From Vicugna vicugna (lineage: Eukaryota), in the NCBI GenBank assembly GCA_013265495.1, contig MU058009.1:1550001-1614000 (forward strand): 64,000 bases of DNA. The letters are read 5' to 3'. The notes under the pieces are model-generated. The model worked only from the letters and a program-made list of their open reading frames with translations. It ran no database searches and was not told the origin of the DNA. Of the stretch, positions 12,753 through 27,372 are shown in pieces. The first letter of the stretch is position 1. Every line of letters starts with the position of its first letter. Both the position numbers and the translations under genes were made by a program.

Positions 12753-14310
12753 TTTTTTGTATTTTTAGTTTTATTGAGGTATGGCTGATATACAAAAAAA
12801 CTGCAAGTCTATAATGTGTGCAATTTGATGAGTTTGGATACACGTATACACTCTTGATGCCATCACCACAGTCAGGATAATAAACATATCCATCACCTCC
12901 AGAAGTTTGTCTCTTTCCATTGTGTTCCTTTTCTAAAAGTAAGAACACAACATGAGCTTTTCCCTCTTGGCAAAATTTTAAGTGCATGACCCCATACTGT
13001 TAACCGCAGACGCTGTTGTCCAGCAGACCTCTAGATCTTGTTCATCTCGTGCAAGTATTGTAACTTTATACCCATCAGCAATGACTTCCCATTTACCCCT
13101 CCCCCATCCTCTGGCAACCGCCGTTCTATTTTTGGCTTCTGTAAGCTTGACTATCTTAGATGCCCCATGTACGTGGAATTATGTAGTATGTGTTCTTCTG
13201 TGACTGACTTATGTTACCTAGGATAATGTCTTCCAGGTCCATCCAGGTCACAAATGGTAGGACTTCCTTCTCTTTTTCAAGACTAGAATAATAATCCATT
13301 ATACGTATACACCATATTTTCCTTCTCCATTTGTCTGTCAATGTACATTTGGGTTGTTTCCACATCTTGGTGGTTGTAAATAATGCTACAAGGAACATGA
13401 GATTGCACACATCTCTTTGAGACCCTAGATTTCAATTCTTTTGGATATATGCCTAGGAGTGGGATTACCGGATCATATAATAGTTCTATGTTTTAAATTT
13501 TGAGGAGCCTCCATACTGTTTTCCATAGTGGTTGCACCATTATAAATTCCCACCAGCAGTGTACCAGGGTTCCAGCTTCTTCACATCCTCACCAACGCTG
13601 GTTATCTTCGGCTTTTGGATGATGGCCATGCTAACAGGTGTGAGGGGACATGTGGTGGCTTGGGTTTGCATTTCCCTGGTGACTGGTGACATTGAGTACC
13701 TTTTCAAATTCCTATTGGTCATGTGGATCTTCTTTGGAGGAGTGTCTGTTCAAGTCCTTTGTCCATTTTTAAATTGTGCTATTTAGGTTCATTGCTGTGG
13801 GGTTTTAGGAGTTCCTTATATGTTTGTAAATTAACCCCTTATCACACGTACAGCTTGCAAATATTTCCTCCCATTACGTGGACCACCATTCACTCTGACT
13901 GTTTCCTTTGCTGTGCAGAAGCCTTTAACTTTAATATTGTCCCACTCGTCCGTTTTTGCTCTTGNNNNNNNNNNNNNNNNNNNNNNNNNNNNNNNNNNNN
14001 NNNNNNNNNNNNNNNNNNNNNNNNNNNNNNNNNNNNNNNNNNNNNNNNNNNNNNNNNNNNNNNNNNNNNNNNNNNNNNNNNNNNNNNNNNNNNNNNNNNN
14101 NNNNNNNNNNACATGTTTCATCCTTTTGCATGTGAATATCAGTTCTCCAGTGCCATTTATTGAAGAGACTGTCCCTTTCCTATCGCATATTCTTTGCACC
14201 CCACTCGAAGATCCACTGACCATAGATGCTCTCTTTGTTCCATTTGGTCTGTATTGTTTGTCTCGATGCCAATACCATACTGGCTTAATTACCAACTCCG
14301 TTTCTTACTG
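12753..14310 (-). mobile_element. Older L1M (L1MA/MB-like) 3' fragment with frameshifted ORF2 remnants
   Basis: ORF-track pieces [31 protein letters not shown] and VIKPVWYWHRD are L1 ORF2 motifs. The T-rich tail is at the left end. Confidence 0.85.
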
Positions 14311-17300
14311 CTGCTAGAATTTTATTTTTGGCATCCAAATTCCCTTATAGCATTCCTCAACTCAAAATTTCTTGGTGGATCCCTCATTGGCTATAGGAAA
14401 ATTACTAAATTCTTTAACATAACAGAGTCCTTTGGGATCTGATTCTTATTTTCCTATCCAGTCACATCTCTGGACACTCTCAGCCCCTCAGCTCAGATGA
14501 CACCTTCTTCTGTGAAATCACAGTGCTCTTGTCGTGGACATGTTAGGGCCAGTTTCTCTGGCCCGTCCATTCAGCTCACTCCCACTGTGTTACTGAAGAG
14601 CTGGAGCATCACCTCCTCTGTGACAACATCTCTGACCCCTCTGGACGTCCCTCTGTCAAAGCCCCTGGGAATCTGTCTACATGATGATGGGGAGGGTTTG
14701 TGGGATGAGAACATGGCATCTCTTTTTTGTACCTGAGCTCTGAAATAAACGAAAAATAACCAAGAAAAAAGCAGACGAAACAGGATACCAAAATAGTACC
14801 CTATTACTGATAAAGCTGACTGAACAGTGAGGGGCTCACACCTATGGACAAGTGGACAAAGGAACGTCCTAAAGACCCCCAGAATTTAGCTACCTCACCC
14901 TCTGAGGCACAGGCTCAGTCGGATGGGGTCAGACTTCCCCACCGGAAGATTTACGGCGCGGGCTAACAGAGAAGACTATGAATCTCCTACGGGCGGCACT
15001 AATTTCTTCTTTCAAAACTCACCAGTCAAACCCATCACTCCTTGGAGAAGAGCAAGTAGGGGTCAGAGAAAGGCTAGGAGTGTTAGGCTAAGGGAGCCCC
15101 TTCCACATTAAGGGGAACACCAGGAGTAGGGAAGAAAATTGTCTATCCCTTCCCCTCCGCACCCACGATAACTCTCAGTCATGCTGTATGGTGTTTCCCT
15201 TTTCTGTCTCTCCGTGAGATGGAAAGATACTCTTAGTCAAGAAACATGCGTTTTCACCCTGCACTTTCTATGCTTTCGTCCTATACACATCAAATACTCA
15301 TACTTGGCACCGAGGATGTGTTCAACCTGTCTGTTAAAAGCTGTTGAAGAGTGAAGAGCCCGAGTATGGCAGGTTCACTTAAGAGGGAACAACCAAAAAA
15401 AAAAAAGAAAGAAAGAAAGAAAAAGGAAGAACTATACCAGCAGAAGTGGAGGAGAAGGAAAAACTTGGGGGAAGACATCATAGAAGAGGAGATACTCGAG
15501 ATCGACTTTGGCGAAAGCATAGACACTAATGACACAGAAAAGTCAAAGGCAATAGTTACATAAAACCAGAGGCATGACACTATATAGCAAATTTCTGATG
15601 AAAAAAGTCCTTCATGGATGTAGTGTCGGATGTGGGAGACGAGGCAGGAAGGACACCGGGCAGTTCTCTACCCTGGAATACTTAATAAACTCACCTAAGT
15701 ACCTAACAACCAAGAGTGACTCTCTCCGTGGGGTTTTTCCCTTTTTCTTTGAGCTGAATTTTGGTGGTTAGTACGGTAGGGACGCCTCCTCTAGACCTGT
15801 CGGCTTACTCTTTCTAATCCAAGAACAACACGTACTAAGGGTACCAAGAGCTTCCGGGCTCCCACCTGGGAAAACCCAGAGTGCTGAGGTCACTCCAGCA
15901 GCGTGAAGCAACGGGGACTTGGAGGCCACACACCTTGGCATCAGGGGAGTTACGTACTGCAGCTTTAGACGATGGAAACTGAGTGTCTGAAAAGGTTGCT
16001 GATGGCTGGTGGTGTGATTTTTCTATTTAAAGGGAAGCCAGGAACATGCTATGATTTCTTTGTACTTTTCAGAATTCTTTTCACAAAATAATTATATAAA
16101 AATTTCAGCATAATGTTAAGCTTTATTTACTCAGAAAGTCCGTACTTGAACATAAAGTTTATCAACAACGTGTGGACTACAGCCCACATTCTGATGTCAG
16201 ATAGCACCTAAGCCTCTTTCCATGATGTTTCAATGATTCGTGCTAAAGCCGACTCCCAGCTTTTCCTCCCAAACCCTCTTTTCTGGGAACAACACCTCCC
16301 ACTCATGTGGGCTGATAACCTTTCATATTTCTGCTGTGTGACCCTGACCCCCGGCTGTATGCAACCGGTCCAGAAATAGGAACATGACCCACTCAGAGAA
16401 CTTGGAATTGGGACTGAAAGATATAGTCTGTCCTTGTACTCGACTTAATTTGTAAGATTTGAACTTGGGATCCAAAGATCTGCCTTCATTGCGTCATGTG
16501 GACTGAATAACAGAGACAGGTGGCTGGAAGATAGCAAAGGAAGATGCACATATGTACAGCCAAAATCTTGGCAATGAAATTGGACACGGCAAAGGAGGGG
16601 AAAGGAATAGTCCAGGTTGATGTCTCAGTTTCTGGTCATAAATATTATAAAACTTATGGTACCAAGAAGAGGAGAGCAGTTAGGAAGGGGATGTAGATAC
16701 TGAAGAGTGTCATTGCAAAAATACTACATGAAATCATGAAAGTTGGGGTGCTCCCTCAGAGGGCACAGCCCCTGGGTGTTGAGCTCAGATCCTTCGAGGC
16801 AACTCAAAATTCAGGGCAGAAGAAAAGGGAAAACTAGCAGAGGAGGATGGGAATGAATTAAAGACATAGGGGACATGCCCCACGTCAGGAAGAAGACGTA
16901 ACATTAGATTCTCCCGCTCTGATATTTTATTTCCCTAAATTGAACATTACACTTGCAAGACTTGGTTGTAGAGGAACAGACAAGCGACTTGTTACTTTGA
17001 TTTAGAAAGAGTTGCTCGTATATTCCACTGATGGGAATGCAGGCTATTGGAAGGAATTAACCTTTATGGACATAAATTTGACCCAGCAGTGAGGAAACAG
17101 TGAGTTGCCTGGCCAAGCACTCCTCTCTGGACCCTGCCCCCTCCCAGACCCCCAGCCACAAGAGGAGGTCCCAGCAAGAGGGTGTCCTTCCCCACAGCTG
17201 TAGCCAGTGGTCAGGGGGACACCTGGACCTCTGCTGGCCTACTCAGAGCCTTTTCCCGGGATTTTTAAATTATGACAGAGAAAGAGAGATTTGGCTTCTT

Positions 17301-19129
17301 GTTGGATGGCGGGATCCATGTCATCTCAACTCTGGAACTTTCCCAAAGTCATGTTTCCTTTCATAAGAAAACCAGTGGAAGCTCACCTGCTGGGAGAAGA
17401 GAGTTTGCTACAGAAATTCCGAGAGGAGAGAGAAGGGATGGAGAAGGCGTCCTGATGACGTTTCGCTTCCTGGTTCTGCGGACGCCATAGCTCCAGCTGC
17501 CTTCCTGCCCGCAGAGGTCCATCACTTACCCCTGAGGCCAGCAAATAGGGATTTTCCTTAGGAGAGCTCAAGGTGGCTCCTTCTACTGGCAGTTAAGTGA
17601 GTCTCCAAGTAATTCTGCTTCAAAGAATTTGGCCTTAGGAAATTGGGAAATAGTTGTGAAGTTATATATGTAAATATATGCGTCACAGCGTTGCACGTAA
17701 TTCAGATAAAAGCATCAACAATTCCAATAACCATGAGGCTGACTTTGGTGAAGTAAACTTAGTGTTAGTAGTAGATTAACATCATTAATTAATACTTACC
17801 ACTGATCCAATATTCATTTTGGACCAGGAGTTAAATTTTGTTCGTTACATACAGCATCTATTTTAATCTTCATAGCGGCCCTAGAAGATGGGCAAGATTA
17901 TTTTAAGACAAGCATGAAAAACATTTAGCACATTGCTTTGCAGATAGTAGAAGTTTTCCTCAAATATGAGCTGCTTCTATTCTGATTTTTACACTTGGGG
18001 AAATAAGAGCCAAGTTTTATGACCCCAAATTCCAAAGATGTTATTGAAATTAATGCAGTGTGAGAAAATGGAAGAATGGCTGGGAAAGTGAGAAGGGTGG
18101 AGCGCTCACAGGTACCCTCCCTGACTACTGACTGACAGCCAGCCTCAGGCAGCAGCCCCTAAGCCGAGCGTTAAGAGCTGGCTCTTTTGCTCACGATGTG
18201 TAAGAGCTAACAGAGCTATTTACCAAAAACAAAAGTTACACTCCAGTTACGGAATTAACTGCACACAGACACACAGACACCTTTCCGCAAATGACAACAG
18301 ATGGAGTCACGTATTGTTTTGGCATTTGTTACCCAATTTTGCTCCCTGGCTAAGGGGAACGTCAGAGCCTTAACTCTGGTTCCCTTTTTCACCGCCACTG
18401 AGCTGCCTCTGTGTCCCATGATGTCCCCTAGTGCATGCCAGGGTGGTCATTTCTTTGGCTAAGTCCTTACTAATTGCAAAAAGGTTTTGGCAAATGCCCC
18501 AAAGTAAAGCTGGCTATTTCTGTGTTTACACAGCACCGCACAGGTGTGAGTAAATGCTGGAGTCATAATTCTTCTCTGATTAACGATAAGCATGCTTGTT
18601 GTGAAGGCTTAAACGGTGATGTTCATGCTGCAACTCGGAGCTGGAAGTTTACAGTTCTGAATGAATTTTCCAGACTGAGTTAGATCTTAGGATCTTGCTC
18701 ATTACACAAGATATGATCACTCAATGGTTATTTCCCACTTCGTGTTATGGAAACCTACACTGCCATCAGAAATTGGAATTTTAAAAACACCAAACGTGTT
18801 ACTCCCCTGGGATCTTTTGTTCGCTGTGTTTTGTTCACTTATGTGTAGGATACAATAGCACCTTCAAATTCATGAAATAGCATGGAAATTACAGGTATTA
18901 ACATGTAACGTGCTGTACGTGCCATTTTCTCTACTTGGCATACAGAAGTAATATCCGTCCATCATCACGTTAAATCTACTCCTAGGTATGAGAGATTAAT
19001 TTTTATCACTGATTTAATCTATTTGATGGTGTATTGAATAACAGTCAGGGGATGAAGGGATTTCAAAAGGTTAGTGAGGGTTCATCTCACTCCTGATTAT
19101 ACAAACTACATCCTGAAATCATCAGTGAC

Positions 19130-20430
19130 CCCTAGACATTGAAATAAGGCACAAAGGGGGGGGGGCAGGGGCAATAAAAGACATGCTTATTGGAAAAGAA
19201 GAAGCAAAACTGTCCTTGTTTGCAAACAACATGATTTTTTTATGTAAATCAAATCTGAGGGGATCTGATCTATAAAACAACTACTGGAACTAATGAATGA
19301 ATTTAGCAAGGTCGGAGGATACAGGGTTAACATATAAAAATCAACTTTATTCTTATACATTAGCAGCATAAAATGGAAGATAAAAAATGTTTAAGTTTCA
19401 TTTACAATTTTGCCTCCAAATATGAAATACTTAATTATAAATCCAAGAAAAGGTGCCCAGAAAACTCTACACTGAAAAGAATAACATACTCCTGAGAGAA
19501 ATTAAAGAAGACCAGATAAATAGTACGTCACACCATGCTTACAAGTAGGAAGACTAAATACTGTAAAAATAGAAATTCTTCCCAAATTGAGCTATATATT
19601 CAATGCAATATCAATCAAATTTCTGTCAGGCTCTTTTGTAGAAATTGACAAGGGGACTCTAAAGTTTATATGTAGATACAAAGGATCAAAGTAACTTTTA
19701 TTTTTTAAAAGGCCTTACAAAGTTGAAGGACTTTATTTAACTTCATTAAGTTTACTATCAAGGTAGTTTGGTATTGGTGGATAAAACAGACATTTAGGTC
19801 AACAGAATAGAATGGAAGTTTCAGAAATAGGCCCATGTGTATTTGACAAATATGTTGAAATTATTTGGATAAATCTTTTCAGCAAATGGTAGCAAACAGT
19901 GCAACCATTGGACATTTGCATGCAAAAAAAATTGTTTGAACTATGTTCTACCGTACATAAAATTTTAACGCAAAGGAATTACAGACCTAAATGGAAAACC
20001 TAGCATAGTAATAAATTTTGTAATAGCCGAAACTTGTAAACAACTCGAATATATGTCAATGAATGAATGGATAAGCAAATCGTGGTACACGCATGCAGCA
20101 GAATACTACGAAGCAATGGAACAGGACGAGCTGTGGAAAAATGCAGCAGTATGAGTGAACCTCAAAATTACTGCCGGAAGGAAGCCAGCCTTCCTACGAA
20201 TGAACAAGAACACATAGTATATGATTCTACTTATACAAAATTTTCAAAAATGTAAAGTAACCTACAATGACAGAAAACAGATCGCTGTTTACTTGGGGCC
20301 ACGAGAGGGATGAAGGACGGTGTGGGCGGGAGGGATTACACAGGGCTTGAGGAAACTCTGGGTGACGGACGTATTCATTAGCTTCAATGTGGTGACAGTT
20401 TCATGATGCACAATATTATACCTTTAAAAA
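19130..20430 (+). mobile_element. Ancient L1M ORF2 and 3' end remnant
   Basis: GGAAAAGAAGAAGCAAAACTGTCCTTGTTTGCAAACAACATGAT and AATTGAGCTATATATTCAATGCAAT resemble degenerate L1 ORF2. Confidence 0.7.
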
Positions 20431-20449
20431 ACACATTTTATATTTCCCC

Positions 20450-21620
20450 ACTTAATTACCATTTCCAGGCTCTTAATTCTGTTGTATAGCTCCAGATTTC
20501 CGTCCGGTATTATTTGCCTTCTGCTTGAAGCATCTCCTGTATGATTTCTCACAGTGCAGTTCTGCTTGTGATAAAAAGCCGTCAATATTTTATAACTGAA
20601 AAAGTCTCTAGCGTTTGAAAGATACTTTCACTAAGTATAGAATTCTCGGCTGACTGACTCTTTTCTCTCAGTACATTGACGATGCTGGTCTCTGTGTTCT
20701 TGCTTGCACTGTTTTTGATGAGAAATCTGCTGTTCCTCTTGCTTTTTGTCTTCTGTATAAATGTGTTTTTCTTCTCTAGTTACTATTAAGGTTTCATTTG
20801 TATCACTGCTTTTCAACAATTTGATTATAACGTGCTTTGCTTTTTTTTTCAATTTTCATGTTCTTGGAGTTTGCTGGGCTTCTACAACTTGAATCTGTGA
20901 GCTTAATTAAGTTCTAATTAAATTTGGAAAATCTCAGCCAATAGTAATTCCTTATGTAATTTTTTTTCTACCACACTTTCTTGCCCCTTGGGGACTCTGG
21001 TTACATGTTTATTCAGACACTTCAAGTTGTCCCACAGCCCGCTGACGCTGCTCATTTACTTTCCCACCTTTCTTTCCTATATGCTTTATTTCAGTTTCTA
21101 TTGCTATGACTTGAAGCTCACTATGTGTTTTTCCTTCTGCAGCGTTAAATCTGCCATCAAACCCCTCCAGTGCATCTTTCATCTCATGCATTACATCTGC
21201 CTTCTCTACAAGTGTGCGTTGGGTCATTTTCTCATGTGTCCGACACCTCTCTTCATCATGTTCAGTCCTTCTCATAGGTCTTACTCCCTTGTAATACCTT
21301 TGTGTGCTAATTCTAATATCTGTGTCACTTCTGGGAAATTTTTAACTGATTTTTTTTCCTCTCACTATGGGTCGTGTTTTCCTGCCTCTTTGTTTGCCTG
21401 GTAACTTTTTTATTGGTTACCAGACACTGGATTTGCTGGATATTTTTGTATTCCTAAAAATAGCCGTGAGCTAAGCTACTTGGAGAGAGTTTGACCCTTT
21501 TGAGTCTTGCCTCTGAGCTTCATTATGCAGGAGTAAAACTGTATTTAGTCTGGGGCTAATTTTGTTCCAGGCCTGATGCAAAGCCTTTCCCAGCACTCTC
21601 TACCCAAGGCCCCATGAATT
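20450..21620 (-). mobile_element. Ancient L1M ORF1-region remnant
   Basis: ORFs 21009..21275 (EMKDALEGFDGRFNAAEGKTHSELQ) and 20631..20852 (AKHVIIKLLK) resemble the L1 ORF1p coiled-coil and RRM regions. Confidence 0.65.
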
Positions 21621-24600
21621 ATGAAGTTCGAGAACTGTCAAAGCTAACTCACGTGGTAGCGATCAGAATCGTGATTGCCTGCAGGGAAAAGAGACGGGAA
21701 CTTTCTGGATGCGCTGCTTACACAGATTTGTCCAACTGAACAGTTAAGAGCTGTGCTTGTCACTGTATTTAAATTTTACCTGAATAAAAAAGCATGTTTA
21801 GCATCAAATATATGTGCATATGTATAAATTCTGAGAGACTTTATACCAAAATTTCAATAGTGAAGCACATAAGGTGATTTTTTAATTCTCCTCTTCAGTG
21901 TTATCTAAATTTTCAATAAATATACAACCTTTTTAAACTATGTTAAATTAATACTAAAAAAGGAAAGTGTCTTGAGGGGCCTTTCTACCATATAGAATGG
22001 ATGAAGGAAAGGAAATGAATGCTTATTAAGCATTTGCTATATAGCAGGTCCTTTAAAAAGCCACTTTATTACATCACTTGTTTTGATCAAACCAATAACT
22101 CTATCAAGTAAGTATTATCCGATTTGCAACAAAAGAAGTGGTGGTTCAAACAGGTTGTTACGGGTTGGAGGCCCCCCGATGTGACCTTAGGACTGCCTAC
22201 TCCAAGTTCATGTTCTGACTTTTAGAAGAGAAATAAGTTCCTGAGATGGATATTTGAAACTCACACAGTAACGAGTCCTGGGCAGAATGGAAAAGTCCCA
22301 GAAATGCAGGGCTGTCCACAGGCTTCGAAATCACCTCCTTAGACTCTGGGAGTTCACTCTTAAAAAGGCAAGGCCAATTATTCGCGCGGGCAGAGTCACA
22401 GATCAAGTACAGTTATTCATCTGAAACTCAGGAAAGTCCAACCCGGCTGGCTCAGAGAAAACCCGTGCACTCTGGACCCTGCATGGCAGCTGGAAAGAGA
22501 GAAAAAGAAGGTGTTCCTTCCTTACAACCTGTGGGCAACTTAGAAGGACAAAGGCTGCTTTGTCCCCAGGTGGAGTCACCCCTCAGAGGCCACAGGTCAA
22601 GGCTGTCAGGTTACAGGAATAGGTGTATTCTCTGTGTCAGCTGCCTCCCGCCCAGGCAAGCATGACTCACAGGTTGGTCACCTGTCTGGAATGGACCGCG
22701 GGAGAGCTCACGGCTGAGGTCACCCAGGGAGCAGTGGGCCAGAGCAGCTTCCATGTCAACTGTGCGTAGGTCACACCAGCTCCTTCCACCCCTTTGTTGG
22801 GGGCTGTTTCTTGGTGAAATGCCTCTCATCCAATATCGACAACATACTTTGAATGCTGGACTTCAAATAACCTCGTTGGCTTTTTCTTGAGTCTCCCTGA
22901 GTAGAATTGTGAATGCAGCATTCACTGGTCATTTTCTTAGACTTAAAGTGGAGCGTCTGACTTCCCCTCCCTCCCCAGACTCTCCTAGGTCCCATTACAG
23001 TGAAGTGGGGGATCTGAGATTAAGACAGGAGCCTGCAGCTCTGTTTAGAATGGGCGTCTGATGAGTAAGAGGCTGTCCCACATGGCTGGCTTCACCAGCC
23101 TGCATGCTGCATCCTTGTGTGCAAAATGGGATCTGGGGAAAGAGGGACCAGAAGACCTGAGCCTCACTCCCCGCCCCGCCCCCACACACTGCCGCTATTG
23201 TAACAGAGCTGGGCTGTGCCACATCCTCTGCCGATGGCCAGGCCCGGGGCTCGGTGGGGGCTTCCTGGTTCCCGTGGCTTCTTCACTTCAGAGGCCTTTG
23301 GCTGAGCTGCATCATGGGGGCGCTAATGACTCCAGTTGCAGCCCCGTGATGTTCTACCCTCTGACGTCAAAACAGGTCTGCTGGGAACCGGACTACAGCC
23401 CACACAGGGCCATTCATCGCACGCTTGTCAGGAAGGCCCAGGAAGGCTTACCCAGGGCTCCTTTTAAACACATCCCCACTCAAATCTTCTCTCTTCTTGC
23501 AGCCAAGAATAGCTAGTCGTGTGTTGAAAACCACAGGCTGGCTGGCCTTCGGCGTTGCCAGAGAAAGCTCCCCGAGGGTCAGGAGTGGGGTTTGGAGACA
23601 GTGAGCACCCCTCCACGCTGAGCTGTCAGATCTGTCCCCGTCTTCCGGCAGAAGCAAGAAGAGAATGAAGAGGTGAAATGTTCCCTGAGCGCTCATGATC
23701 TGCGGGGCGCAGTTCTTCGCACGTAAAGTAACCTGAATTATTTTACTGATGTTCAAAATGGGCCTGTGAAGTAACTGTTACTGCTCTGGTTTTGTAGAAA
23801 CTGAGATTCAAAGAAATTGAATAGTTCACTGAGGGGTGGAGTCAGAATTTAAACTCTGATTTTAACTGATTGCAAATGTTGAGCTTTCTCCATCATAAGC
23901 AGAAAAATCTCTAGCAAATATTTCTTTACAGCAGTCATCTCAGAACTTTTCTGATCCTGTACCCCCATCAGTAAATATCTCCAACCACCACCTTCAATGT
24001 ATACATATTTATTTATAAATTAGATGCACTAGCTAATGCCTACTAGCACTGATTGATAATAAAATTAGTGCCCAGGGCACTGATGGTTGTTAATGACAAT
24101 GGGTGTAAATCTATTTAATACAGTGTTGATAATTTGGAAAATTTTTTGTCCAAATATAATTAAACCATTACCGTCTTAACCTCGATACATGGCTGACAAA
24201 TAATTTGTTCCAGGAGTTGAAGAAGTAATCTGGCTCTTTTTTCTCTTGAGTTCGTGTACCTGAATTATTCTTATTTTTCTACAGTCTAGCTTCATTGCAG
24301 GAAGTATTTGAAGTCACTTGTCCATCTTGTGAGGGTGATTTTGTTAAAATGAGATAGTCTGGGGCGTGAATCCACTCACTGTATACATGCAAACCTTAAA
24401 ACACAGTAATTTTCTAAAAGAAAAAAAGAGAAATAAGAGCGCCAGTGTAGCCCCCCACCCCCGTCTACACTGCATGATCCCACAGGCCTCTGGCACTTGG
24501 AGTGCATGCACGGGACCCGAAGACGGCTGACTGAAGCCCCAGGGTCAATAGCATATTCCGTATTAGTAAATAAAAATGTGTTTCCTATTTTTAGACTGAA

Positions 24601-25659
24601 AATACACGTAAACCGAAGTTCTAATGGTTTTCTCTTATATCCCACGTCTTATTCTGTGCGGTCCCTGGAGGGTGTACTTTCCGCCTCAGGCCCCCTTGTC
24701 TAGAAGATGCCGACACAGCGTTCCTTTGCTGGCCCCCACTGCAGGCTGAGGGCTCGGATGAGAGGAGCATCCAGGGAAGAGCTGCGGGTCAGTTTGAGGG
24801 TCAGGGGACAAGAGGGCGTCCACTCTGGAGGAGCAAAGTCGGAGCTCGGGCACCCACAGGAGCAAAGCTCGGGGGCTTGAAGGCTGTGCCAGCAGTGGGT
24901 TCCCAGCCGTCTCCAGCAGACCTCCCATCCTGGGGGGGCCACCCAATCCCGACGGCCTGGTTTCCGTGCTCCATCCTTTCTGAGTCCAGCTCCTTCAGAG
25001 GCATCCCTGGGGGATGCTGGAATCCCAGCGCAAATGAAGATGCTCTCTGCCGCCCAGTGATCCCTGCAGGTTTGTTTACCCAGATGGAAAATAAAGGCAT
25101 TTCAGCCCTTCCATGGATAAAAATAACTTGCCGTTGACTCTGAAACGCCTTTCATTCGTCTCCTCCAGACCGGCTGGCACAATGGCACTTTGTGAGAGCG
25201 GGAGCCCTTGCAGGGGCCGGCCAGCCCCGCGGCCTCCGGCCTGCCAACGGGGAGGAGACGCAGCAGGGCTCGGAGCGGGCCCAGCGTTGCTGTTGGACGT
25301 CATTCAGAAGTCCCTACTCCACGGGGGGAGCCCGCAGAGGAAAACAAACAGAGCCAGGAGTAGTGGAAAACGCTGAGTCCTGGGGCTGGCCGGAACAGCG
25401 CCCGCCTTTCCGAGCCCGGAGCCAGCGCTCTGCCCACCTGCAGCTGCGGCCGCGGGCTGGCCGCGCCAGGCAGGGGGGCCTTGGCACCAGAACCGCCCCC
25501 AGGGCTGGGAGGGACACCCCGTCTGTGCAGACAGGCCCTTCAGAGCCCTTACTCTGAATGCCAAAGTCCTGTCCTTGTCCGAGGAATCCGGGGGAAAGAT
25601 GATTCTCCAAGGAGGGAGGAATGCCGTCCTTGAGCCATTTGCTCTCAGTTCCTCTTACG

Positions 25660-25880
25660 TAGCACTTCCTATCTGTCCAGCATCAGTGTATATTAAACAG
25701 CAATCACCCCAGCAATCCTGTGAGGTTGGTACTAGTATCTTTATTTCATGGATGAAAACCCTGGATGAGGCACAGAGAGGTTAAACAACTTTCCCAAAGA
25801 AACACAGCTCAAAAGTGGCAGGGCCAGGACTTAAAGCCATGCAGTTTAGCATCAGAGTCTATCCTCTTAAGTGTTACTGC
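25660..25880 (-). mobile_element. MIR SINE
   Basis: Reverse MIR core GATGAGGCACAGAGAGGTTAAACAACTTTCCCAAAG. Confidence 0.65.
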
Positions 25881-26869
25881 CTTTTCTCTTCAGCCTACGA
25901 CATTTCCTCTCTAGGTAGATAAGATAATAGAGACAAAGAGGGGAAACCCAGAGAATAAAGGGAATGGGTGAGAGAGAGGAAAGTCACCAAGGACTGGGCT
26001 AACACAGAGATTAAAAGAAAAAAAAGGAGGAGGCTGTCAGTCTCGGAGAAGCAGCGTGAGACCAATAGAGCTAGTAAGAAGTGCTGGGTTGGGAAATGAA
26101 ACTGTATCAGAGCTGGTCAGACAGACACCTACTTGTTCCTCTGCCCGAACAGGATGCTGGGAATGATGCTCAGAGATCGCCCAGCCAGTGGGGCTGAGAC
26201 CGCTCCCCGGGAGGCGGAGGAGCCGCAGCTGGAACAGAGAAACCAACACCTTCTCTTTCTCCTCAATTACAGCCCAGGGTGGAGGCAGGTGCCCAGGGCG
26301 CCGTGGAGATCAGCTCCCTGATGAGAGGAGACAGCCCACGTCAGTCAAGCAGGGAGGCCTGTCACAACCATTTGTGAGCTAAATCGCTCTTGTCCCCAGA
26401 GGGGAGGAAGGGCAGGAAGGAGTGAAGGAAGGGAGGGGGGGAGGGAAGGAAGAGGTAGGCTATTTCTTGCCTGTGTTGGAGGGACAGGTCCTCAACCCTC
26501 ATCAGAGACAGAAGACTGGCCTTGGAGCCAGCAGAGTTGACACTTAATTGTGCCTCAGTCACCAGTTAGCAATGTGATCTCAGGCAAGTCACCTAAACCC
26601 CCTTCCTCTGCACAGTGAGGGGACTGGACTTTAAAGTTCTTTCCAGATCTGACATCTGTGCACTGGGGGTACGGTGACTGAGGACGAGGACTGTGCTCGT
26701 CATCCTTGGGTGCCACCCAAATCCTGGTGCCCGCACAGTGGCCCACCACCCACACCAACCAGTCACCCAGTCCGGGCAGGTCCATCTCTTTAGCACCTTG
26801 CTGATCCTCCAGGCAGCTTCTCCTCCAAACAAATGAAACCATTTTCCAACTGGTCTCTCTGCCTCTGTC

Positions 26870-27372
26870 CTTGTCCCCTCTGGTCCATCCTTGCTCCAGA
26901 GCCAGAATAAGCACAGATCAGGTCACGTGACTTAGCCTGCAGAAAGAGCCTTACTCTCACCTGACCCACGAGACCCTAAGTCACCTCTTCTCCATCTTCC
27001 CCTCTTCACCTCTCACCACAACTCCAGCCACCCTGTGCTCTGTTTCCACAAAACCACCACTTCTGGACTCTATCGGTCCATAAACTTTCCTAAACTTCTC
27101 AGCCTCAACCTGAATGTCTTTCCCTTTCCACCGAGCTAACTGCTACTTACCTTTAGCATATAAATTCTTCAGGGTTAGGGGCTCCGCCTGACATCAAATC
27201 ATACTGCTGACCCACTAGACAGCAGTTCTCCCTTAACTTGTCTGTGACCCACTGTTCATTAAAAGCTGCGTAAAGGAAACCTTTGTGTCTATCTTTTCTC
27301 TTATGGTTCCCCTAGCACTGAGCCCAATGCCAACCACACAGCAGGTGTTCAAGGAATGTTTGTCACCTGGAA
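26870..27372 (+). mobile_element. Degenerate L2 3' region
   Basis: Ends CCCTAGCACTGAGCCCAATGCC...CAGCAGGTGTTCAAGGAATGTTTG, similar to an L2 terminus. Confidence 0.45.

Noticed and set aside
15351-15563. 70-aa basic-then-acidic ORF (KKKKKERKKKEE...EEEILEID)
   Set aside because: The lysine run comes from an A/(AAAG)n microsatellite. I see no splice or homology support and could not assign 14860-15800 to any family.
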